From Podospora anserina (Eukaryota), in assembly GCA_017654855.1 (NCBI GenBank), contig CM030335.1:2294001-2358000 (forward strand): a stretch of DNA of 64,000 nt, given 5' to 3'. Positions 27,020-39,064 of the stretch are shown here, in pieces. Position numbers and translations under genes: made by a program. The number at the start of each line of letters is the position of its first letter. Position 1 is the stretch's first letter. The notes under the pieces were generated by a model, which did no database searches, was not told the origin of the DNA, and saw only the letters and a list, made by a program, of their open reading frames with translations.

Positions 27020-27656
27020 GATTTGGGGTTCGGTGTAAGTGACTAATACGCTGACGAGTTTGCTGATAGGGCGAGGGACGCTCGATTCAAATAGGAAAAG
27101 AGAAGCTGATTCCCTGACGGGCTATGCGTCTTGGGCAGCTTTAGAAGCATTCTGCATATATATCTACTTCTCCTCTGTTAACCTTGAACCCCTGATATCG
27201 AAGATGGAGAAAGCTTCTAGGACTACGCCTTGAGCTTCAAGTACCGCGGAAATGACATCTGATTGGACGCTTGGCCGCCAGCAGAAAGGGGTCACATTGG
27301 TTGGTCTCGTTCGCACCTAAGCAACCTCGCATTACCGCAGCACCCTTCACTAGCCTGCAACCAGCTTATAATCCGAGCTGTGGACACTACCAAAGTCCGA
27401 GATGTTAGTCTCAAAATGGAGCATTTTGAGAATGGGTGACAAGGGCAGTAGTACTAAAAGGGCGTTGCTCCTGGGATCTGATGGGATGAGTAACGAGATA
27501 CTTTGCTGACTTGTTCCCTTGTTTGGAAATCGAATTGCAAGTTTCTGATAATAGAACATCGAGAGGCATCACATCGAGCGCAGCCAGCATCATCAGCATC
27601 ATCATACCACCACGCCCGCTACTACCCGGGAGCCACCCACTCGTCGCGACACCACA

Positions 27657-27914
27657 ATGAGCGGCAGTACTGACCAAACCACAAACTCCTCTGGTTCATC
27701 TCGGCCATCACTCTCACAGCAGCAATGGGTATCCTCACCAGCTTCACCACTCGGCATCGTGTTTCTCTCCGCCTGCAATGAAGCCCCTACATCTCAAGAG
27801 ACCTATCTGCAGAATCATCTGAGTAACTACGCCCGAAGCTTCTATTCGACGCCACCGGGGTCATCCAGCCCACCGGGTTCCTCCTCACAAGTGACATCCT
27901 CTTCCCGTCCGTAG
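27657..27914 (+). CDS. Small Ser-rich hypothetical protein (85 aa)
   Basis: ATG in good fungal context (CCACAATG) after a C/A-rich leader. No recognisable domain. Confidence 0.35.
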   Translation: MSGSTDQTTNSSGSSRPSLSQQQWVSSPASPLGIVFLSACNEAPTSQETYLQNHLSNYARSFYSTPPGSSSPPGSSSQVTSSSRP

Positions 27915-29441
27915 GGCTATAGCACCAGCGGGTGTGGACAGATGACGGCATACTTGGCAGTACCTAATCGAATCTCGTTTTCTTTCCGGTGCGTGGCAGA
28001 ACCCAATCATGACTGCCAGAGACGTGACCACTCGATGCGGCCTACACTGCAGAGAAAGTCTATCTTTTGCTGCATGTCATCAATTGAGCCCTACGCTTTG
28101 TGTCTCTGCTGCGTTTTGAATCGGGTAGAAGTCAGCAGTAGTGATGTACTGGGACTAAATCATTCGCTTAGGCAAGGTTCTTTTTTGGGTGTTTATGGGG
28201 CGGTTTTTTGGCACTTGGTTATAGGTTTCAGGGGTGGAATTGTTTCTTTTATTTTGGGACAGGGCCTAATCCGAGTTGGGGGGAGGATGACTGAAGAGGG
28301 TCCAATGGTTTGGATATCACCATCACGAAACTCACCACAATCACACACATTTCTCGCCGAAACTCTTCGAATCTCGAGGCCGGATGGAGCAAGAATCATC
28401 ACGGGAAGGACCAATTCCGGTGGGGTTGAGCGGCGGCAAAGGGAAGGGCGGAGTGTGTTTGTGTGTGTGGGGGGGTTGGTAAACTCTAACTACTTCTAGA
28501 AGCAAAAGATGGGAGGGAGACTCTAGGACGCTTCTGCGGCGGAGACGGGTATAATCACCGTCACCGGTGGTCCGGTTCCTCCTGGAAAGTGCGGTGGTAG
28601 CAGACATGCATGGCCCGTTTCATTGGGTCGACGGGAGGATCAAGAGGCGTGTTTCTTATTCATGGGTGGTGTTTCTTGGGGTATTGGGTTAGTTTGGGGG
28701 GCGAAGTCCGAAGGCGGCGAGGTATACGGTCAGGACTTGATATCACTTGGGGGGATGGGGCAAGACTGGAAACAAGGAACAAGGCGGCGAGCAAACAGGA
28801 AGCCAACAACCAAGACATCAACAACAATATACACGAACTTTTTCAACGCGATTTAGAAACTCTCTACAGGACATGGGTGTTTGAAATGCAGATATGATTC
28901 ATCCTTACATTTATCTGCCCGCGAGCTTACTCATCTCTACGGCGGTTGGCGTTGAATTGGCTGACGGCATCACACGAAGGTTGTATTGTAGCCTGGCCTT
29001 GGCTTTCTACAGCCCGATTTGGGGTATATCTTTCGAGCTGAGGCCGCAACGTTGCGGAGAAGGGGAGCAATGAATGGGTTGATCTCGATGCTTTTAAGAA
29101 GCGAAGAGAAGAAGGTGCATGGAGGGAATACGCTGTTTTGGTAAACTCCGGTTGCTGTCGGGGAAATACCGACTGATGATTTTGTGGTGATGGAGTCAGA
29201 AAGGGTAGCTCGTATTCTGGGGGTGGAGAGGATGTGCACTTGAATGTGTGTTATGGACCAAGTCTGCCTTGTGAGTTCACGGGAATGCCGATTGTTTATA
29301 CGTTCTGGGCAGCATGAGAAAAAGAAGGGGGATCGTCAACATGTCAAACTTGGCCTGCAATACTCTGGATGTAAAGACTGGGGTGGCAAAGTAAGTTGAC
29401 ATGTCACCATCCTCTAGATTGCGTGACAAAGGTTGGCCAAA

Positions 29442-29615
29442 ACTCCTCCAGAGATAGTGTATAGCTTTTTCAAGATAGTTCATAGACCTTGAATAATAAG
29501 TGATAGCCATTCAAAGATAGTGGACATGCCTATCCGTGTCTTGAGGATGCATTCAATAATAAATAATAACCATTAAATGATAGTGAACAGGCCTATCTGT
29601 ATCGTAAGGAGGCGT
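29442..29615. repeat. Degenerate 21-bp-period array (AGGCCT-core family), copy 3
   Basis: Nine cores exactly 21 bp apart: 29442 ACTCCT, 29463 AGCTTT, 29484 AGACCT, 29505 AGCCAT, 29526 ATGCCT, 29547 ATGCAT, 29568 AACCAT, 29589 AGGCCT and 29610 AGGCGT. Spacers include TTCAAGATAGTTCAT and TCAAAGATAGTGGAC. Confidence 0.75.
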
Positions 29616-29713
29616 AAGTCGATCGCCCATCTAAGTACATTTGCTAACTTACAGCACTGCTGATATTATCTGGGGCGGGCCCCTTCCCCAGATACCAGTC
29701 CTCTTTATAATCC

Positions 29714-31136
29714 CTAGTCAGAGCCGCCCTCCTCGTTACCCCCATATCCACACTCACGAGCCATACGCTCCTCGTACTGCCCATCCTCCTCCGCCAGCCG
29801 TTCCAGCCGTGCCAGCCGTTCAACAGACTCGTCAACGTCACTGGTGCTAGGCGAAGGGAAACTAGCCCGTGGCACTTGCTTCCTTTTTATCCCCTCCACC
29901 CGCTTCCTCACCACCTCGCCAATCCCACGTTATGAGACTTCCGCAGGGAAAAGCCAAGGAGGCAGCGGCATAAAACCCTCTCCCTTCAAGTCAGAAAACG
30001 TATTCAACAACCTTCCGGCAGCCAAATTCACATTCCCAAGCCACCTTTCGGGAACCCACCGCCGAAGTGCAACTTCCGGACCGAGGGCACCTGTCCCCCT
30101 ATCAGGCCAGCCCAGAATAATCGGCGACTCAGGCTTCAACCTCTCCGCGGGTAGGCCCATCATCGCCCTATCCCCACGGTGATAAGGATGAGCAAAAACA
30201 TCCTGGTCCACCCATCTGTACACAAACGCACAAGTAAACCCAAACAGCTTGACACTCCCATCACTCAGAATCAACACCTTGCCCAGGCCAAGAGCATTGA
30301 CCCCAATCTCAACATTCCACCACATTTTATTACTCGCCTCCGACACCTTCCGTGGAATATCCAACCGAGTCTTCTCATCAGGAAGCATACCATGATCCAC
30401 CGTCCCATCAATGGTACGAGCCCTCCCAATCTTCTCCATCGTCTCCGCCCCCTTGTAATGATCCATCAACACCATCCTCACCCACCTCGCCGTCCTCTCC
30501 GGGACGTGCGTCTCCACCTCAAAATTAAAACTTCCATTAAACTGGGGGACGATAACCATCAGACCCTTCCCCCCCCAAAAAAAAAGACGAAAAACACTTG
30601 TACGCGTGCGTCTCGGTAGCGTAATCAAGCTCCGCCCTCGCCATGCAGTCCAGATACTCCTAGCACGCCTTCCCCTCCATCCGAAGATCACACCCTGGGT
30701 TGCCGTGGGGTGGGTAATCCACCCCGTCGTATATCTTCGCGACGGACGTGTTGTTGGGTTTGTTGTCCATGTAGCAAATCACCACGTGCGGTCCCCCTTC
30801 GTTTTCCAAATCGTTAAATTTGCGGGTGGCGATGTCTTGAGGGATGGTGATCTCGTAGATATCCCCAAAGTCGATAGGTTTTGTCTCCATGGGGGGGGGG
30901 GGGTTGTCAAGCGCAAAGTTGATACGGTCGGTGAGGGAGCTGCTTTGGGGGCCAGGGTGCTGCTGGTGGTTGTGGCCGACGTGGGAGTAACGACGGGGAG
31001 GTTCCCCATTGTAGTGTGTACCCCATGGTCCGGGTGCTCGATGTTTGAAGAGGGTGAGGGCGCGGCCGGGGCGGTAGCGTCCATGTGGACCAAGGCGGTC
31101 GGGCGAGGTGGTGGTGATGGTGTTGTCTGTGCTCAT
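29714..31136 (-). pseudogene. Disrupted fungal protein-kinase-like gene, paralog A
   Basis: Kinase-like family motifs VAKIYDG, DCMARAELDYATETHAY, IVPQFNGSF and RWVRMVLMDH. It is interrupted by an in-frame TAG (30660-30662), a frameshift in a T9G8 run (about 30569-30585) and an in-frame TAA (29930-29932), after which similarity to paralog B continues. Confidence 0.7.
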
Positions 31137-31809
31137 GGTGACGAACGGGTTTTGTCTTGTTGATAGATAGTGTGGGAAGATGTCAGGTATGGAAAAGATT
31201 GGCAGTTGAGAGAGGCAGCTAAGTGTGATGTGTCGGGTAAGAAGGAAAAGTGCGGGCTGGGTGTGAGGAAGGGTGGCTTTATAGATTTGCTAAACTCTAC
31301 AGGGAGCAAAAGACTTCAAGCCACTATGGAAAGTTCAGCACATGAGAGAAAGTTCAACACAGAATCAAAGTCTAAGGAAGAGAGAAAACCTTCAGTGGTG
31401 GAAAAGATGGCTTGGTTTGCCGCACTGTTGTCTTAAGCTTAGATGCTAGAATGTGTTAGAATTAGACTGATAAACCTACATGATTTTGCAAACACCTGTA
31501 ACTTTATGGGTATCGTTTCGTTTGCCATTTAGTATCCCAGTGTATAAATAAGCGGCAGACACTTCGGCAGGCCACCTGGTTCCTAACCTCCTCAATTGAA
31601 CCAAGATAAATCATTATGGGGGCTTGGCACTAGAAACTAACGACTCTCTGAATGCCCAGAATATCGCTCTGGCCACATATTGAACCACCGTTTGGCCGAT
31701 CATATCGCTATGTGAAAAGTGTCGCTATACTTCGTATGGCTGTGTATAGGTCTGACCGTAAAGCTCCAACCTCCCCTAATCTTCCATGAATGAAGATGAT
31801 AAGCCCCCA

Positions 31810-33288
31810 TTATGACTTACTCACCCTTCTCCTCCTCGGCCCTGCCTCCCCCTTTGCAGCATCACTATAATTCGTACTCGTCCCAATGCCCGAGTCCTTC
31901 CAATCGCTCCCCTCCCCATCCTCCTCATCATCCCCCTGTTCACCAAAATCTGGCAATTTGGTCATTAAGAGGTCCAATCCCTCCTCGCCTTCCTCCTTCT
32001 TAATCTTCCCCTCCAGCCCCGACGAACTCTCATACCTCAACGGCGGTTCTCCCGTCCCAGTAGGAAATGTTCTTTCCGTATCCGACATCTCATCTTCCTC
32101 CTTAATCAGACTATGTTCCAGCGTCGGTTCCTGCCTCGGTTCCCAGTCTTCAATCTGCTTTTGTTGATCGCTACCACGAATACCCCCGAGAAGCAGAATC
32201 CCCAACGCCAAACACCCCATCTCTACCGCCCAAAAGAGCCCCGTGATTCCAAAAAACGACAGGATACGCCATTCATACATCACCCACCTCAATCCCCTCA
32301 ACCTGGCCACAATTTCGACCCGGCATTCATATACCCCCAATCCCTGCCCAGCCTGCACCTCCACCACCATACTCCTTGGCATCTTCTCCCCCTGTCCCTG
32401 TCCCTTTCTCAACCAAGAGTCACCCCTCCCACTCCCAAAAGCCACCCCCTCCACCATCTTCACCTCCAACATCGTCGCATCCGCCCGTTGCGTAAACAAC
32501 ACGTGATACGGCAAAAACAATATCCTCTTCGCCAAGGAAACCAACGGATCAGTATAAGGAATAATTGCCGGCCTCGCACTTGTCAATAACACCGTCGAGG
32601 ACTTCATCAACGGCCCCAAACTGAGACTCGTCACCAAATCCGTCTGCCCGGTCGTCTTATCCATCAACACAACAGGATTATACATCCCCGCCCCCCCAGC
32701 AGGTGTGTGCTCCGTCAGGTCCGTATCCAGCAAGTGGATCAGCACCATGAAATTCCCCCTCTTTGTATTCTCCGGCGTCAGAGGCAGCGTCAACGAAACC
32801 GATATATCGTACGGTTGGTCAGGGAGGAGCTTCAGGCTTGTTAACGCGACCGGGTTTTGGCCGTATCTGCCATCAACAGTCAGCCACAGACTTTTAAGAA
32901 AACAGGGGAGAAGGGAGAGGTGGGAGAGCACACCCATAATGCAGATAAACCTCCTGCTCATGCACCTGTTTGGGCAGGTAAACATAGTAAGAGGCCACGT
33001 AGACCACCGCAGCAACAAGATATAGTATGACCGCCGCGGTGAGTAGCAAAATCGACCATATCAAACTCCTCTGAACAGTCCTAGACGTCAACAGGTAAAC
33101 AACCCCCTTCTTCGTCTCCCTCAACAACGCGCAGAGCCCGGTCGTGATCTGGCTCCATTGGTGGGATAGGAGGGCAAATTCGTCGTCTTCGCCGGCGGCA
33201 ACAGTGTTGCGTTGGGCCTGGCCACATCAAAAGGTTAGCGGTCCAGATAGAGAACTTATGAAACTCAAGGGAGGGCGACGCGTACCAT
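31810..33288 (-). CDS. Seipin (adipose-regulatory protein family; lipid droplet biogenesis)
   Basis: N-terminal TM helix then YLP..HEQEVYLHYG, QPYDISVSLTLP.TPEN..RGNFMV, and ARLRGLRWVMYEWRILSF plus a second TM helix. An ATG-only first exon (33286-33288) is followed by a GTACGC..GCTAAC..CAG intron. A second intron lies at about 32868-32933. Confidence 0.88.
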
Positions 33289-34391
33289 CTTGTCACAATT
33301 ACCTGGATCCAATGGCCTCGCGTGGATCAAAAAAAAACCTAGTGTATCTCCAGCTTGTGGTGTTTGTCGCTCTCTCTACCAAACGTGGTTCATTCTCCGG
33401 ATGTAATATTAAGATGTGATGCTGAAATCGTCTGGAGGAATTCGCTGCCCTCTCTTTATTACCACATACCGTGTCCGTTCCGTGGTTCCTGCCCAACTGA
33501 GGTAACTTCACTCACACACGAAAAATGTCAGGCGCATTCTCATTGGCATGTGAAGTGCGAAATTGCAGCTGGCTGTTTGGGGGAAGAGCTAGGGACCAGG
33601 AGCTTTCACCCCCCACCCCACCCCCCCCACTTTTTGGCATCCCTGCAGCGCCTGATGTCATCCCAACTTAGCGCTTCACATGGGTCTTGGCATCCAATAT
33701 CCGATATCCACTACTTGGGTCTTGCGAATAACTTCACGTCGTTGCGGTAACCTTTGGTGTGGCTGAATGAAGGCGTAACTGGAACATGGTCGTCTGAGTG
33801 TGTTCAAAGAACACGAGCAGATGGCGTAAACGCCCATCTGTCAACAACTGATGACTCCGATGGTACGAACTACTACCGGCCTGGCAGCAGGAAAGATAAA
33901 TATCTCTCCCGACGCACATGCAACTGGGTAGACCACGTTTATTTCCATCTCTGTCTTTAAACTAAACAACAACATAGCAATGGGGTAGTCGTAGTAGCAG
34001 TAACCGGAAAATGATCCCAAGCAGAAGAAAACAAGCTGAAAAAGAAAAAAAGTAAAAAATAATCCATCAATCAAAATCAGAACAAGCTCGCTCGAGCAAA
34101 AACCCCCAATACAAACCCCATCGTTCCATGTACACATTTCAGACATCCCAAATCGTCACCATCCCCTTCCTAAGTCCAACCCAAGCCCTTGGTATCCCCC
34201 ATCATTATAAAACAAACCATGACAGATCCACCAACCCAACCCAACCCCAACCATACCGCCGTGAAGAAGTCGGAGGGATTCACCCCTTTCCCACATCTTC
34301 TTTTCCACCTCCATCCCATAACCTCCTACTATCCTCCTCTCGCCATCTTCTCCTTTCCCCATCATATCCCGTTTGCCCTGTTGCAACTCCC

Positions 34392-37300
34392 CTAACTCAG
34401 AGGCTGCAAATAGTTACTGGGCACCAACCCAACCTGCCCATTCCCACCCTGCACCGTCGCCTCCCACCACCCATCATCCTGATGCCTCAACACAGCCAAA
34501 ACATCCCCCTTTGCAAACCCCAGCTCCTCCGGAATCGCCGCTTGGTACATATACAGTGCTCGAGCTACAACCAACGTTAGCCAACATCCCCCAAATGAAC
34601 TTGTCACCGTTAAACTCACCAAAATGCATAATAGCCCTCCCATCCCTAGTGTACGTCCCCGGATCCCCCACCTGCCTATCCCTCCCCCCAGCCCCCCCAG
34701 CAGCAACACTCTTGCTCCTCGCCCTGCTCGCCCCTCCATTCCCACCACTCCCCTCATACAAACTCATATTGCTCGCCACCACATTCCCACTGCTCCCCGC
34801 CCTGACGTTCCCGGCCGTATTGCTCCTCGCATGCCTCCCCCTCTGACTCCCCCCATACAAACTCCCCTCATCCCCACCACCACCCGTCGGGATCGACCCC
34901 GCCACCGAAAGCGCCATCGAATGATTCTGGTGTCCCGACATACTACTCGCCGGCCTCTGACTATACGGCGCCGGGCTCGCACTCCTCCCATCACCCATCA
35001 CGCTCGGCGACCCCCTCCCGGGCTGCTCATACCGACCAGAATAACTCCCCCTATGCTGCTGCTGCGACGACACAGACCCCCGATGCTGCTGACTCTGATG
35101 CTGACTCCCCGTCGAACTCGAAAACATATTCGGACTCGCACTCCCATTCCCATACCCGACACTGGGACTAGCCCTCGACCCCGGCCTAGGACTAGCACTC
35201 CTCGTCGGCGCCGGACTCGCCGCCCTGACCGTATCATTCCCCCTCGTCCCCGGCCTCGACATACTCCTAGCATAATCCCCCCACCACCCCCCCCAGACCC
35301 CGGCCGTCCCCCATCAAACAAGCTCCTCGTCTGCGTCTGGAACTTCTCCGAAGCCGCCTTCATCGCCTTGGACGTGACCGCCGGCGGCGGCACCCCCAAC
35401 CGCTGAACCTGAACCTGCTGATCATAACTTGGCGGCGGCGTCCCCCTCATGGCAGCAACAACAGCGCTGTTCCCGCTTACACTCATCGCTCCCGACCTCC
35501 CTCCAGGAGCGGGCGTGGCAATACCATGATAGTGATCTGCCGACACCCTTCCCCCACCCCCGCTACCATTCATCTTGTTACTCCCCGATGTCACCCCCTT
35601 CAGCTCCGCAAGCGCCATAGCAATTGGGTCGTCTTCTGGTGTAGCCGGCGAAGCTTGCTGTTTTTGACGAGCAGTGTCGTCAACCTGGAAGACGTTTCCT
35701 CCCACGTTGAGTGCGAGGCTAGCATTGGCAGCAATGGGATCGGGACTGACGCTTCGGTCGGGGGTGATGACCTGGTCGTTGCTCTTGTTAAAAGCCCCCG
35801 TGAGCTGGGGACGCTGGTTGTTGGTGGGGTGCCAGGTGTTTCTGCTGTTGGGGGCGACTTCCTTGATGCTCTTTCTGCGGAAGGGACTGTTGTTTCCAAA
35901 GAACCCGCTCTTCTTCTTGAGGACCTTTTTGTCGGGGGACTCACTGCCTTGTTGGGGCTGTTGCTGTTGTTGGAGTTGTTGAGGTGGTTGCTGTTGCTGT
36001 TGTTGGACAGGGGGTTGGCGCTGTTGGGCTGGTGGCTGCTGCTGCTGCTGCTGCTGCTGTTTGACGGGCGCCATGGCTTGCTGGGGCGGTTCTTGACTAG
36101 AGAAGGACGTCTCGCTGTGGGAGCCTCTGCTAGAGGGTCGGGCCGATGTGGCAGATGGCGCCGTGCTGAGGTCTGAAGCTGTGGGCCGGCAGAGCATGGT
36201 CATGCCATCCATTGGGTAGGGATCGTGAGGAACAGGCGCGAACTCGTTGGGGTCGTAGTCCATGTTGCTGGCTTGAGGAGACTGATAGCCTCTAGGCGCT
36301 GCCCTCCGTTGATCTTGTTTCAAGTCTTGCTGGGGAATAACCGGGACCGCAGCAGCAATCGCCTTCTGAGGCAACGCCGCCGCTTGGCCTCGTGCCGGCT
36401 CAGGATCACCATGAAGCTTCCGTGCCAATGCCGAGTTCGGATCGTGATGAGACTCAAAAGTCGAGGGTTGTGGCGACGAAGAGCGGAAAGCCGGGTTTAT
36501 ACTCCTCGAAAACTGCGCGACCGAATAATTATCATCGTCCGACACCTCCGACTGGGAATCCATATCCCCCCGGCAAAAGTTGATGTACTTTGGCGCATCC
36601 GGAATCTCCTGGCCAGTCCCCTTCTCGGTGATGAACGTTATTATGTCCTTCTCCACCTCCATATGTTCCAGGGACAGCCTGATCTTTTCGCAGGAAGAGT
36701 CGTCACTAACGCAGACAGTCGACGCAATATTCGCAAACTGCCAGAGGCTGCTCTTGGTGAAATCCAAGCGCTCCTCCTCTAAATCCTGGAACTTGTCAGC
36801 CGCCGCCTTCCACTCCCTGTTCCACCTCGCCGTTGTCTCCTCCAGCGCCCTGACCGCAGCCTCGTACTCGGCGTTGGAGGCAGCCAAGCTGATCTGTGTC
36901 TTCTCCAACTTCGCCTTATTCTTTCTCTCCTCTTGGCCCATGACCATGTGCCCTTGCGCGAGGTAGCCCTTGATCTTGAGACACTCCTGCTCGTACTTGT
37001 CTCTCGTCTTGTTGACCATCTGCGTCTGCTGCACCTTGGTCTTGAGCAGCTTCTCCACCGTGTTCTGCACAATCTTTCGTCGCTCCTTCATCCCACCAGC
37101 AAACGCAGCCAGGGGTTCCTCGAGTTCGCTCTTCATTTGCTGCGCGATATGCTGATGCTGTTTGCCCATCGACTCGACTTCAGCCCGGACAATATCCAGC
37201 GACTGTCTCAAAGTCCCCGTCTCCTGCGAACCCAGGTTCTTGCGGCATAGCGAGAGTAGTTTTCGGGCGTAATCGTCTTCGATAGATGCGCGGGCTGTTT

Positions 37301-37574
37301 TTTTTTCCCCCTGACTGTCAGTCGATTCTCACCTGGCCTGAAAGGGAGAGAAACTCACCGCTGTAGAAGTTCTTGAGTTCATCGCATGTGAGCTTGGCGT
37401 TTGCCATGCGCTCGAGCAGGGGTCCGACACCGGCATCGTCTTTACCCCAGAAGTTGTTGGCGACTATTATTATCGGAAAAAGTCAGTCGTTGAATCCCCC
37501 TTCCGAAGTTGTCCAGCTTCATCAAACTTACAAGAAAGGGCGACGGCCGGCCCATCGTTGTAATCGGCCGTCAT
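34392..37574 (-). CDS. F-BAR/SH3 septation protein (Hof1/Cdc15/Imp2 family); one apparent frameshift
   Basis: N-terminal FANNFWGKDDAGV and F-BAR helices (FQDLEEERLDF), a polyQ linker, and a C-terminal SH3 (ARALYMYQAAIPEELGFAKGD..DDGWW..GLVPSNY). Three introns. The frame changes in G-runs at about 35277-35294. Confidence 0.88.
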
Positions 37575-39064
37575 GGCGCCTGACGGAGAAGCGAAACTGA
37601 GATTGACCTAGTTTTTTCTCCTTTCTGCTTCAAGTGAAAATCCCCGGAAAATACTAGGAAATTTTGCTTTGCCGCCGCAGCGTCGCGGGCAATGTGCTCT
37701 TCAATCTGATATAGTGTTGCAAAAATCGATATGGAAAACCCGCGCGCAAAGTCGGCCAGCGAGACAAGACACACAAAAGGAAGATTGCCGCTGCGGTAAA
37801 AGGGCTGGTAAAGACAGTTTCAATATGCCGGGTGAGTTAAGAAGGGGGGGTTGGATCTGGAATGTATAATGGGTGTTGAAGAAAGGGAAAGAGAGCAACA
37901 GTTCTTGGTTTCCTGCTGCACAAGTGTTGACTTCCTTTGCCGCTGACGCCGGGTTGGATGGATTGGTCGCGAGGGGCAACCACACTGCACAAGCGCCGAG
38001 CCGCTCTGACTTGCATGATCAGCCCTCCCCCACCATTGAAGAAATGATGGTTAGCGGGGGACTTTTACTCACTTTCTTGCTTTTGTGGTGTTTTGGCGAC
38101 GGTAAACCAAACTCAAGGCCTTTTGTCAAGATTGAGGATGGTTTCTCGAGAGGGAATTGTCGTCGTGGGTCAGACAGAAAAGTGGGAAGACCCTCACAAG
38201 CTGATGATGTGTTAAGGAGGGGCTGGGAAAGCCTTGCTCGATTGCTCCCTATTCGTTGGTTGTCCTGCGCTAACAACGTGGTGCTCAGATCCGCCTTCTC
38301 TTCGGAAAGGGGCACATTATCCAAGGTCAAAATTGTGCTTCTTTAGGTATTGACGGGTCCTAAGCGTCTATCGCTCGGGTTCCAGCTCAGTCAACATCAC
38401 TGGTAGTTGAGTTGCAGCAACCAAGTCGCTCGGCTTATGGGTGCTTGGGCGGATGGCCAAAGATCCCTCGCCTGCAAGCTCAAGATCTCTCGCCCGCAAG
38501 CCCGCTATGTCGTCTCTAACCGCAGTCGCCCAGGCCTTTAACAATCGGGTCAACGCAACCCCCAAAAGCATCATCTTGGGCTTGCGGGCGAGGAATTTCG
38601 GGCTTGCGGGCGATTGTTAATCGCGATAGCTGCAGAATACGAAAAGAGGGAAGAGAACGACTGCATTTCTTTGTTTGCTTTTGGCTTTCACAGTGCGCTC
38701 CTTCCTTTAAATACGACCTTGTTCGTTCCTTCCCCAAAGTGACCCTTCGTTCTTTCCCCCAAATCAGCCTGGTCAAGGCCGTAAAAACACCGTAGTCTCC
38801 CATTCAGCCTTGTTTACTACTTATATGAAGAAAGCTTAAGACTTAGTATAGTATGGCTTTGAAGGGCTCGGGAGGACTTGTCCAGTTTAGTTTAAGAGAT
38901 GTTTGGACTATAGAGAGAGGCGCTTTGGACATTGATTTGGTATGTGTATGGTCGATCAGATCATGAAATCTTCAGGATATGAGGTGGGGGCTCTGCCAAA
39001 ACTCAATACAGTTACACAGTATGGTCAAACCTCAAGTTGGGATTCTCTTTCCTGATCTCAAAAT

